Origin: a virus
DNA length: 64,000 nt
Reading direction: 5' to 3' (one strand)
IMG/VR virus record: IMGVR_UViG_3300033402_000312
The position numbers and the translations under genes are program-made. Positions 1-8,382 of the stretch are shown piece by piece; position 1 is the first letter of the stretch; each line of letters starts with the position of its first letter. The notes below the pieces were generated by a model that ran no database searches, had not been told where the DNA came from, and was given only the letters and a program-made list of their open reading frames with translations.

Positions 1-270
1 ACCTTCTGGGAATTGACCCTCCAGACGACAAGCAGGCTACCGAACCGCTTGTTGATGAGGTTGAACCTCTTCTCCATCTTCGATTTGCGCATGTTGCTGG
101 AAGCGCATCCGCAGCTTCTTGTGCGGTTTTCTAAAAGGTGGTCTTCGCGGACGGTGCGCTCCTTGCTGCCGCAAAGGCAGTACACCCGCCACGTGGCGCG
201 GGAGCCGACAGGCTCTCCCCTGCCTACGACCGACAAAAGCCCGAAACGTTGCCCGGTGAGTTCTCTCATC
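1..270 (-). CDS. HNH-family endonuclease paralog, N-terminal part (continues beyond window start)
   Basis: Minus-strand translation from the ATG at 268-270 gives MRELTGQRFGLLSVVGR..WRVYCLCGSKERTV..NRTRSCGC. This is the same TGxxFGxLxV / WxCxCxCG / SCGC N-terminal motif as ORFs 1475-2044 and 22387-22992. No stop occurs before position 1. Confidence 0.5.
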
Positions 271-335
271 TACTTGAGGGAACGATAGTGGGTAACCGTG
301 GAACAACTAGCGAACGCTTTTGTTAGGGGAAGGAA

Positions 336-944
336 ATGTCCTACAATTTCATCGACCAGAATATCGTTTCGTCCTGCTTGATCCAAGCCCACACGGACGA
401 CAGCTTTTACAACCCCATCCCCAACCAGCACACCGGGTTTGCCTTTGACGGCAACCACTATACCCTCGGAGTGCAGGACAGCATAGCAAGCCCGTGGGTC
501 GCGAGTGGCGGGAACCTGCAAGCGACGTGGTGGACTGAGGCGCAGTCCGGCAACCCGTATCGCGGCGACCAGCAGAACTTCCCGACCTACGGCCTCGTCC
601 TGCTTTCCCCGGTCTCGTTGGTGATCCTAGACCAGAGCGTCCCGGTGTCCGTGGCCACGGCCCTTCCGCTGTGGATGCAGTTCATCCTTTCCGACAACAC
701 CATGCTGGCCAACGACTTCGACGGGGCCGTGCAGGGGTTCTCGCCCTCGTCCGTATGCTACGCGGACGGGATCATCTCCGTCACCTACACCCCCGACCCC
801 GGCAACCAGCCGGGCTATTCCCAATCGCAGCATCCGATCCTGACGCCCTACCCCGCCCCGTACCCGGTCGTCGGCGTGGACTCCAACATGGTTGTTTCGG
901 TTGATTTCGGGCAGGATTCAGCCTACCTTGACGTGGCAGTTTGA
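336..944 (+). CDS. hypothetical protein
   Basis: 202-aa ORF with coding-like composition, divergent from the minus-strand HNH gene. No motif recognised. Confidence 0.45.
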   Translation: MSYNFIDQNIVSSCLIQAHTDDSFYNPIPNQHTGFAFDGNHYTLGVQDSIASPWVASGGNLQATWWTEAQSGNPYRGDQQNFPTYGLVLLSPVSLVILDQSVPVSVATALPLWMQFILSDNTMLANDFDGAVQGFSPSSVCYADGIISVTYTPDPGNQPGYSQSQHPILTPYPAPYPVVGVDSNMVVSVDFGQDSAYLDVAV

Positions 945-971
945 AAGGTTTAGTCGTTTTCTAGCTAAATG

Positions 972-1496
972 TCAAAGACCGCCGTTGTCGGGATAGATCA
1001 GCGCCGCACGCTTGAGCCAGCTTGCAAGGTACGGTGCGTCGCCGGGGTTGGCTGCCGCCACCTCGCGATCCCACTCAGCGCGGGCGGAACGGAGATTGAC
1101 AGCAAGCGTTGGCTGATCGGCATTCTGGATCAAGGTTAGGGTAACGGGTCCGATCACGCCGTCCAACACGGTGCCGAGGAGCATCTGAAGCTCCTTCGCC
1201 GCCCGGCTCACCCCGCTGTTGATCCCAAAATCCAAGAGCACGCTGGCAAGACCATCATCGTTCACGGAGTCCAGACGGAGCGGGTACCAGTACTGGTTGA
1301 CGTAGATTTGCTCCGCCACGAAGAGAGCCAATGCCGTGTCGGCGGTATAAAAGCTCGCGGGAACCTCGGGATGCTCGTTGCTCGCGATTCCAAAACGCGT
1401 TTGACCAGCACCATCGTTCAGGGTCACGACGCGCCCGGACAAAGTTGAGTCCTCGAACTTTATTGCCCAAGCTATTATGCCGTTTTTGTCTGCCAT
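972..1496 (-). CDS. endolysin, GH108 lysozyme-like domain plus PG_binding_3-like C-terminus
   Basis: Motif GRVVTLNDGAGQTRFGIASNEHPE resembles the GH108 catalytic region. C-terminal LDGVIGPVTL resembles PG_binding_3. It lies in a lysis-like neighbourhood. Confidence 0.6.
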   Translation of the reverse strand: MADKNGIIAWAIKFEDSTLSGRVVTLNDGAGQTRFGIASNEHPEVPASFYTADTALALFVAEQIYVNQYWYPLRLDSVNDDGLASVLLDFGINSGVSRAAKELQMLLGTVLDGVIGPVTLTLIQNADQPTLAVNLRSARAEWDREVAAANPGDAPYLASWLKRAALIYPDNGGL

Positions 1497-2044
1497 GAGA
1501 GTTCTCCTCTACGTTGTAGCTCATATTTCAATTCTTCCGTGGAAAACCCTGATAGTGTCTTTCTTTTTCTACGATTGGCTATTTGCTCAGACCAAGTCAT
1601 CCACTTGACATTACCAGGCTCATAGTTTCCCTCATCCCCAAAACGCCCCAAAGTATAGGCAGCGACTTTACCGCTGGCAGTTTTTCCTTCTGGACGTTGA
1701 CCAAGTACGGCAAGGAAATGGTCAATTGATGTAAACAAGAACTTGATGCCTCGTCCGCCATAATCTTTGAAAGCTTTGTCATTCGGGTTTGTGCAACGGG
1801 CCTTGGCTGCATAGTAGACTTGAGCCTCCGGTGTGATAAATCCTCTTCGGGCTTGTCCGTGGTGCGTCCGCAAACAACCGCAACTCCGAGTCATACCTCG
1901 CCGAAGGTTACGTCCATTCACGGACAGTTCATTGCCACACTCACACCGGCACAACCAATAACTGTGTTTGTCAGCGCTTTGTACGCTAGGATCGTGCCGA
2001 AGCACAGTCAATTTGCCAAATACTTTTCCAGTCATCTCAACCAT
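1475..2044 (-). CDS. HNH homing endonuclease (paralog family)
   Basis: N-terminal TGKVFGKLTVL..WLCRCECG..RSCGC motif. C-terminal HNH_3-like GNYEPGNVKWMTWSEQIANR. Confidence 0.65.
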   Translation of the reverse strand: MVEMTGKVFGKLTVLRHDPSVQSADKHSYWLCRCECGNELSVNGRNLRRGMTRSCGCLRTHHGQARRGFITPEAQVYYAAKARCTNPNDKAFKDYGGRGIKFLFTSIDHFLAVLGQRPEGKTASGKVAAYTLGRFGDEGNYEPGNVKWMTWSEQIANRRKRKTLSGFSTEELKYELQRRGELSWQTKTA

Positions 2045-2123
2045 AAGTAATTAAACCCTTCGATTCATTGGGAAGCCCGGTTCAATGCTCCGCTACCTAA
2101 TACCTCAAAGTCAGTCCCTTCCG

Positions 2124-2162
2124 GGGTTGGGACGGACAAAAACTCCCGGTTGGCTGTATACT
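2124..2162 (+). promoter_or_regulatory. sigma70-like promoter CGGACA-N18-TATACT upstream of the secreted-protein moron
   Basis: CGGACA at 2133-2138, 18-nt spacer, TATACT at 2157-2162. A GGAGCGGAGG RBS and the ATG at 2179 follow. The same motif family occurs at 20560, 31009 and 45214. Confidence 0.5.
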
Positions 2163-2178
2163 TGGAGCGGAGGAATCT

Positions 2179-2754
2179 ATGAAAGTATCATTGACCTTAG
2201 TTTTAGGTTTTTTAATTTTTGGTGTTTTTCCTGTACGGGCACAAGATAAACCGGATTGCTCGACAAATTTAGATGTTAATAAACCATACAATCAACTTTT
2301 GTTGGGTTGTCCGCATTATCTCACCCCAAACAACATTGCTGGTAGTGCTTTGGAAACGGCACAATACGGCGGTCCTTTTCCTGATCTTAAGCAATGTAAA
2401 GCTGATTTGGCTTCTTGGGATCAAGAAGCTCAGGCTTGGCTTGAAAGAGAAAAAGCCAGAACCAAGAAAGGACCTCCTTATAACATGCACGATAATCCCA
2501 GGACTGAAGAACTACTTTCCATTGAGGAACTCTACCGTAGATCAGATGAAGCATCAAAGTGTGATGGTGTTCTTATTAGACAAGAAGAGAAGTTAGAACA
2601 TCCATCAGCCGCTGAGCTAATGTTCATTTACTATGACAGCTTGAAAATGGAACAGTTTTGTGCGTCTTTTCGTGGAGAACTGCTCGACCGGGCTTTTAAT
2701 GTTCTGGATAAACATCTTTTATTGCCCGAGTTCCGATCAGAGCAAGGCAACTAA
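2179..2754 (+). CDS. secreted protein of unknown function (moron, AT-richer island)
   Basis: N-terminal signal peptide MKVSLTLVLGFLIFGVFPVRAQ. Local GC is clearly lower than in flanking genes. It has its own promoter and sits on the opposite strand to the surrounding module. Confidence 0.6.
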   Translation: MKVSLTLVLGFLIFGVFPVRAQDKPDCSTNLDVNKPYNQLLLGCPHYLTPNNIAGSALETAQYGGPFPDLKQCKADLASWDQEAQAWLEREKARTKKGPPYNMHDNPRTEELLSIEELYRRSDEASKCDGVLIRQEEKLEHPSAAELMFIYYDSLKMEQFCASFRGELLDRAFNVLDKHLLLPEFRSEQGN

Positions 2755-2765
2755 CAAAACGTTCA

Positions 2766-3101
2766 TCATTTCGTGTACATCCTCCTGAGGTCGAGCAGGG
2801 AGTCGAGCACAGCCTCGATGGTTCCCTTGCCGAGCTTGGTGTCGTCGGCGATGAGCGCCACGACTGCACGACGGTTGAGTCCGCCGCCGTAAAGCCTCTT
2901 CACTGCGTCGCTGATGGAGACGATGGCGGTCGCGAGGACTTCCTTGGTGACCGGCACAACGTCCCCCTTGTACGCCTCGTGGCCCGGACGGATGCAGGCG
3001 TAGCTGCCCTCCTCGTCGTAGCACGCGGCGCACTCGACCTTGATGACCTTGTTCGTGACCCATTCTTTGACTGGAACCAGTTTTCGCTTCGCTGTCGCCA
3101 T
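2766..3101 (-). CDS. hypothetical protein
   Basis: 111-aa ORF. Its start overlaps the stop of the upstream ORF at 3101, suggesting translational coupling. Confidence 0.45.
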   Translation of the reverse strand: MATAKRKLVPVKEWVTNKVIKVECAACYDEEGSYACIRPGHEAYKGDVVPVTKEVLATAIVSISDAVKRLYGGGLNRRAVVALIADDTKLGKGTIEAVLDSLLDLRRMYTK

Positions 3102-3472
3102 TACGGCATCTCCGTTTGTTTCGGATGCTCCGGCTCTTGCTCCGGCTCCGAGTCATTGGCGGGGGCTTCTGTCGGCGGTGTCCCGGCGGCCGCCATCGCC
3201 CGGACTTGGGCGTCGTCAATGTGGGTTGCGTTCTTGGTGACAGCCTCCCACAGGTTGGCCATGCCTATGCCTTCCGAGGGGTGGGCGCGGTACGTCAGGA
3301 GGACGTGGACGAGGTACTCATGGAGGACGTCCGGCAATTGGATGATTTTCACAGAGCCTTCTCTGGCTCTAATACTGAGAGTTTCCCTACTGTAGCCGAT
3401 TGTCGGCAGTCTGCTCCTCGTCCATGGCTGTGCCGGGGGGCACAAGCTCGTCGCTAAGGGACGAGTACACAA
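3101..3472 (-). CDS. hypothetical protein (start uncertain, possibly internal ATG at 3262)
   Basis: ORF overlapping the RlpA-like gene by about 86 nt. Acidic C-terminal tail. Confidence 0.3.
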   Translation of the reverse strand: MCTRPLATSLCPPAQPWTRSRLPTIGYSRETLSIRAREGSVKIIQLPDVLHEYLVHVLLTYRAHPSEGIGMANLWEAVTKNATHIDDAQVRAMAAAGTPPTEAPANDSEPEQEPEHPKQTEMP

Positions 3473-3974
3473 GGTCGCAGGCGACGATGGGCTGGATCAT
3501 AACATGTGCGAGTCCCTCGTCCACGTAATCGAGTTCTTCAGCGACGGCCTGGCTTAAGTCCGCAATACGGTGCAGGCTGTGCGCCGGGCCGCGATCCGTG
3601 ACTTCCGCAACAGCGGTGAGTCCGTTGTCCAGATTCGTGATTCGAACCATGGTGCCGAGGGGCAGGTACCACAGGGCTACGGTTTTCTTACGGTAGTCGA
3701 ACCGCTCCCCGTTCGCCATTTTCCTTCCCTGCCAGTAACCTCTGCCGTAATAGGAGGCGGTGCCGAAGTACTGCATTTTCTCCTGGCAGACGTGCAAGTC
3801 ACACCAAACCAGCTTGACGGTGTGCGTGGTGCTTCGATGCTTCTTAGACGCAGTGCCAAATGAACTGGGGTTTCTATGAACCAAGTTCTTCTGCGCCGGG
3901 ATTAGATGAGCCGCTGCAAGCATTGGGGATGCAAACAACAGACCCACTACGAATAATGATCGTAGCTTCGTCAT
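3387..3974 (-). CDS. rlpA-like: RlpA-like double-psi beta-barrel (DPBB) lipoprotein / lytic transglycosylase-like
   Basis: Signal peptide, then GTASYYGRGYWQGRKMANGERFDYRKKTVALWYLPLGTMVRITNLDNGLTAVAEVTDRGP..IADLSQAVAEEL, which is the classic DPBB_1/RlpA signature. Confidence 0.75.
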   Translation of the reverse strand: MTKLRSLFVVGLLFASPMLAAAHLIPAQKNLVHRNPSSFGTASKKHRSTTHTVKLVWCDLHVCQEKMQYFGTASYYGRGYWQGRKMANGERFDYRKKTVALWYLPLGTMVRITNLDNGLTAVAEVTDRGPAHSLHRIADLSQAVAEELDYVDEGLAHVMIQPIVACDLVYSSLSDELVPPGTAMDEEQTADNRLQ

Positions 3975-4072
3975 GTCTAATGTTCTCTCCTTTGTCTTCA
4001 GTGTTTCACTTACTCCAAGCGGTTTGTTCTATAGAACCTCCTTGACCCGTTCGATTTCCTTAAAATACGAAA

Positions 4073-4171
4073 GGGGAGCATCCCGGCTCTGCTGGCTTAG
4101 ATGCTCCCCACTAGACACATAGTGCTAGAAAGTTGGAAAAGGGCAAGTTTTTAGGATTGCCCCTTTGTTTT
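4073..4171 (-). terminator. two hairpins with U-rich tails downstream of the large tail-fibre-like gene (second possibly bidirectional)
   Basis: GGGGAGCATC..GATGCTCCCC (4073-4109) is followed on the minus strand by TTTCGTATTTTA. AAAGGGCAA..TTGCCCCTTT (4138-4166) has T-runs on both strands. Confidence 0.4.
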
Positions 4172-4187
4172 CAACAGGTTATATAGG

Positions 4188-7100
4188 TTAAATCATAGAC
4201 GAAAAGCGGGTCGGAACATGTGGCTCATAAATAAAGGTCATGGTCTGGGTGCCCGCGTTGTAGGCAACGACGCGACCGATGCAGATGATCCAGCCCACCA
4301 AACCGGCTGGGGGACTCCCGCTCCCAGTCGTCAGCGAGGCATAGTCCTGCGTCAACCTGCCGTCCAAGCCTACGTACAGCAAGCCCCCCGGCGCGATCTG
4401 GTCGCTGGCAACGACAGGGGACAGGAAATACTGCTCGCCGTAATAGTCGGTGACTGTCACCGATTGCCCCTGCGTGCCAGAGGTCAATGTAACGCCGTCC
4501 GGGTTCGGCGCAAGGACAGCGCCGGACGGGTTGATGGCGTACAGCACCGAGCCGCTGGTCTCGGCAGCCGGGCCATAGTCCGTGTACGTGAATGTCGCGA
4601 ATGTCGCAGTGACCTGCGTCGGCGTGACGGCAGTGACCACGACAGCCTGCCCGTTGATGAAATCCGCAACGCCGACGCCGGTGAATACGATCAGGTCGCC
4701 GGATGTGAAGTTGCTCGCGTTGACTTGCACAATGACGGTCGAAGGCGCGATGACCTGCACATTGCTGACCGAGGGCACGGACGGGTCAAGCGGCGTCGCG
4801 TTGCCGTTCCGGTCGATCCTGATGGCTGTTAGCGCGGGGATGGTCGCTGCCGGGTACCATGCGGGCACGTCCAAGCCGTAGTTCCGGGTGTTGCCTTGTG
4901 TCGTTCCCGTATTGCCCCCTGTTGAAGAGGTCACTTGCGACAGGATCATGCTGAACGTGCTGCCCGGCTCGATGTCGGCGGTGCCGCTTGCCAAGTTGGT
5001 CGAGGCAAGCACCTCCACTGCGTCGCCCGCATGGAACGACTGGTTGAGGGTGATGTTGGTCGTGGTCGTACCGGCTGCCGTGGTCACGCTGGACTGCGTC
5101 GCGATGGGCGTCCCGTTCTGCGTCACCGTGACCGTGTAAGTCCCCGCCGAGGGGGCGTCCCACACGAACGTGCCGATGCCGTTGTAGGTTCCTGCCGCTT
5201 GGATGGTGAACAGGCCCGGAGCTAGGGCAGTGACATTGCCCGTGTAGTCGAAGTCCTGCGGAAATTCCAGCGCGTCGAATGACACCTGCGCATTGGTTCC
5301 GGGCGGCACCGGGGTGACCGTCGTGTACACGGAGACGTGGAACCCGATCTGCTGCGTGGCCTGGAGCAGGGCGTTGGCGTTCGCAAGGTTCTGCGCAATG
5401 GAGGCTTGCACGTTGTTCTTCCACACATTGATCGCGGCATAGCTGAGGTTGGTGCGCAGCATGGCAGTCTGCACGGGGATGGGCAGGGCTTGGATGTCCG
5501 GGCGAGACAGGAAAGCGACCGGGTCCAAGTCCATGTTGTTGATCCAGCCGCTCGTGTTGGCGTCCGGCTGGAAGCTGCTGGGCAGGACTGTGACAGGCTG
5601 GACGGGGATCGCCGGGAGCGGCGTGCCCGGAGTCCATGTGCGGCTTCGCGATGCCACGTCCTGAAGCAGCGAGTTGTATGCGGCCGGGTTTCCCAGGGGG
5701 TTGATTGCGCCGTTGAGAATCTCGGGATACGTCGCGGCGAACTGCACGAGATACGGGTCTTGGGCGAGGAAAACCGTCAAGTTCGCGAGGAAATCCCTCC
5801 AGAACTGGCTGAAGCGGTCAACCTGCGTCGCCAATGCGAACTGGTTGTATGTGTAGCGGCTCGCGAGCCGAGGCGACAGGTACGAGACGTCGGCTTGGAT
5901 GTCGGCTGACGCAAGCTCGATCACGATATTCATGTTCTGCTGGAACGAAGTCGGGAACGTGATCGGCACCGGGAACTCCGCCGTGCCCGTGCCAAGCGTC
6001 AGGCTGGTGACCGACGTGGAGATTGCCGTGGATTGGTAGTCAAGGTCTGACCCGGTCGCACCGCTCAGGTACGAGTTGTCTTGGTACGAGTCCCACTGCG
6101 GGTTGCGCGAGTAGCCAAGCAGGGAAGCCTCGACGTAGGAAAGCTGCCAAAGCAGGTGGTTAAGCTGGTTCGGCGCGAGGCTGGCGAATGTCTGGAGCAG
6201 AGGAATCTGCGGCGCGTTCGAGTAGATCGTGTTCGCCGGGGCGGTTTCCCATGCGGTTGCATCCGTGCCGGGGGCCACGTTTGTGCTGGCAGACAGGGCA
6301 AGCCATGCCCCGCCGTTGTGCGTGACCACGTCATTGGCGGCATACACAGTGGTGGTGTTCCATGTGCTCATCCAGAAGTAGTTCGTCAAGCCGAGCACGT
6401 CGTTCCACGGCACTGCGAGCGAGGTCACGGCGTCGAGCGAAGGCTGGATGTAGTTCGTGTAGGCTGTCTGGAAGTTCGGAATCCACACGCCGCCCCTGCC
6501 CTGCCGGTCAAGGTTGAGGTAGATCAGCCAAGCGGCGGTGAGCAGCGGGTCGAAGTTGGACGCAACGATGTTCCCGAGGTTGACGAAGCTGATCAAGTCC
6601 TTGCGAAGCTGGAGGTCGCGGAGCACAAGGTTCGGGTTGCCGTAGTCCGGGTCGCCGACGAAGACCGTGTTGCCGCGCAGCGCCGGGACGATGCTCACGA
6701 TGTAGTCGTCGAGCACGCTTGCCGGGGGCTGCCAGTTCGAGATGATGTAGTGCGGGTCGGGCATCGCGCCCCACATGTTCTGGAGCGGGTTGAACGCGGT
6801 GCTGAACACCGGGTCGGTGGCGTTCGCCTGCATGGCGGCAATAAACGCTGGGTCAACCAGGCTTTGGCTTGCGCCGACCACCGACCCGCTGAACGGCGGG
6901 GTATAGTAGCTCGCGGAGCCGAACGTCAACCCGCTGTAGGACGTCGTGGACAGCGGGTTCGTGGTGAGCATGCTCGACAGGGACGGCGAGGACGACGGGG
7001 GCGTTATGGGGCCGAGCGAGCATTGGCTGAAGGTGAAGTTGAAATTGAATGTGGTAAGGGACTTTTCCAGGGCGAACAGCGCCAAGGGGGAAAACAGGAA

Positions 7101-7628
7101 GCCGTTCCAGTTCCAAATCTGGTCGGGGAAGAGGTTCGGGATCGACGGCAGGCTCGGGATGCCCCAGTTGCAGATATTGTTCAGCAGGTTCGCTATCGAG
7201 TTCAATGCCGCCTGCACCATTCGGAGCAGGCTTTGCTCCATGGCAAGAATCGTGGCGATGTTGCCCTGTATCGCCTGCACAAGCTGCTGAAGCTCCTGCT
7301 GGAGGCGCTGCGCCGTCTGGAGGATGCTGATCGAGTCGGCGACGTACTTGGGCACGCGGCCCAGCTTGCCAAGCTGACCGTCCACGGCAAGGGAGTTCAT
7401 GTGCTCGTAGACGGTGATGTACTCGTTCAACAGGTTTTTCTTTTGGAGCAGCGAGTAGTTGGCGTCGGCGATGTTCTTTTCGAGCCAGCGGCCGCCCTCC
7501 ATCGCATCGTGGTAGATTTTTTCGACGGTCGGGTCGCCGAGCGGCTGCCAGCGCGTCACCGCGCCCTTAGCGCGTATGGGCCACAGCAACGCATTGGTTT
7601 CTGCTTGTGTGAGATTATTTGCCATGGC
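4188..7628 (-). CDS. large tail fibre / host-specificity-like structural protein (start may be 7703)
   Basis: About 1150-aa ORF rich in Thr/Ser/Gly/Asn beta-strand repeats typical of phage fibres. Probable start at MANNLTQAE at 7628, just after the GIY-YIG gene end. Confidence 0.5.
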   Translation of the reverse strand, partial: AMANNLTQAETNALLWPIRAKGAVTRWQPLGDPTVEKIYHDAMEGGRWLEKNIADANYSLLQKKNLLNEYITVYEHMNSLAVDGQLGKLGRVPKYVADSISILQTAQRLQQELQQLVQAIQGNIATILAMEQSLLRMVQAALNSIANLLNNICNWGIPSLPSIPNLFPDQIWNWNGFLFSPLALFALEKSLTTFNFNFTFSQCSLGPITPPSSSPSLSSMLTTNPLSTTSYSGLTFGSASYYTPPFSGSVVGASQSLVDPAFIAAMQANATDPVFSTAFNPLQNMWGAMPDPHYIISNWQPPASVLDDYIVSIVPALRGNTVFVGDPDYGNPNLVLRDLQLRKDLISFVNLGNIVASNFDPLLTAAWLIYLNLDRQGRGGVWIPNFQTAYTNYIQPSLDAVTSLAVPWNDVLGLTNYFWMSTWNTTTVYAANDVVTHNGGAWLALSASTNVAPGTDATAWETAPANTIYSNAPQIPLLQTFASLAPNQLNHLLWQLSYVEASLLGYSRNPQWDSYQDNSYLSGATGSDLDYQSTAISTSVTSLTLGTGTAEFPVPITFPTSFQQNMNIVIELASADIQADVSYLSPRLASRYTYNQFALATQVDRFSQFWRDFLANLTVFLAQDPYLVQFAATYPEILNGAINPLGNPAAYNSLLQDVASRSRTWTPGTPLPAIPVQPVTVLPSSFQPDANTSGWINNMDLDPVAFLSRPDIQALPIPVQTAMLRTNLSYAAINVWKNNVQASIAQNLANANALLQATQQIGFHVSVYTTVTPVPPGTNAQVSFDALEFPQDFDYTGNVTALAPGLFTIQAAGTYNGIGTFVWDAPSAGTYTVTVTQNGTPIATQSSVTTAAGTTTTNITLNQSFHAGDAVEVLASTNLASGTADIEPGSTFSMILSQVTSSTGGNTGTTQGNTRNYGLDVPAWYPAATIPALTAIRIDRNGNATPLDPSVPSVSNVQVIAPSTVIVQVNASNFTSGDLIVFTGVGVADFINGQAVVVTAVTPTQVTATFATFTYTDYGPAAETSGSVLYAINPSGAVLAPNPDGVTLTSGTQGQSVTVTDYYGEQYFLSPVVASDQIAPGGLLYVGLDGRLTQDYASLTTGSGSPPAGLVGWIICIGRVVAYNAGTQTMTFIYEPHVPTRFSSMI

Positions 7629-8382
7629 GTCTTTTCTCCCGTGCGCAGGCACCACACGAACGGCTGCAATACGTGTATCTTTTGATCTGAGAAAGGCGGA
7701 CACCCGGCTTTAGAGGGAGCGGTTTATCGCAATAGGCACATAGCTTGGGATTCTTAAGGTATGTTTTCCTAGCTATCTCAGACCGTTTTTGGGCAGCGGC
7801 TACATACTTAGCCTTGAACTCGATGTGCGCCAGCTTTGCTGCCTGTGCAGTCCTCTCGTGCTCTTCCGGTCTTAAGTACCGGGTGTTGTTTATTCTGGTT
7901 ACGGTGTTCAGAGCTTTTCTCGCCTCTTTCCAGCGTTGCAATTCTTTAGGATTGTTAAAACGCCGTTTTGCTGACTCAGAGCACTTCCTACGCACCTCGG
8001 GCTTGCCCATAGCGGCTTTCGTGGCAGCGGACAGTCGCGCTCTTCGTTCCTTGGAAAAATGTACCCCGCCGAGGGGCGACCAAGGGTCTTCGGCTATGTT
8101 GTATCCGAATTCACGATTGGCCGCTTGAAGTCTGCTTATCCATGCGTGCTCTCTAGCACGGAGCCAGAAAGAGTTTTTCACCCTTTCAAGAACTGCGAAC
8201 TCAAAGGCGAGTTCGCTGTGGAGATTGAACGAGGATTGAAAATGGACGTTCCTGTGCTTGCCTGCCCGAAGCGCCTGTACATGGCGGGTCTTTCGTTGAA
8301 CGACATCTCCAGAACTGCCGACGTATACCTTTCCGTTGACTGTGTTCAAGAAGACGTACACGCCTTGTGTTTTTGTCCTCAT
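7615..8382 (-). CDS. GIY-YIG homing endonuclease (free-standing, between tail genes)
   Basis: GVYVFLNTVNGKVYVGSSGDVVQRKTRH..NVHFQ is a GIY-YIG motif. The C-terminal basic NUMOD-like DNA-binding region is Cys-containing. Both ends overlap neighbouring structural genes. Confidence 0.8.
   Translation of the reverse strand: MRTKTQGVYVFLNTVNGKVYVGSSGDVVQRKTRHVQALRAGKHRNVHFQSSFNLHSELAFEFAVLERVKNSFWLRAREHAWISRLQAANREFGYNIAEDPWSPLGGVHFSKERRARLSAATKAAMGKPEVRRKCSESAKRRFNNPKELQRWKEARKALNTVTRINNTRYLRPEEHERTAQAAKLAHIEFKAKYVAAAQKRSEIARKTYLKNPKLCAYCDKPLPLKPGVRLSQIKRYTYCSRSCGACAREKRRHGK

Noticed and set aside
4218-7685. Long plus-strand ORFs (4218-4832, 5337-5909, 6081-7685, 204-534 aa) overlapping the minus-strand tail-fibre gene
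   Set aside because: Arg/Gly/Pro/His-rich, low-complexity translations typical of shadow frames in GC-rich DNA. The minus-strand ORF is the coherent structural protein.
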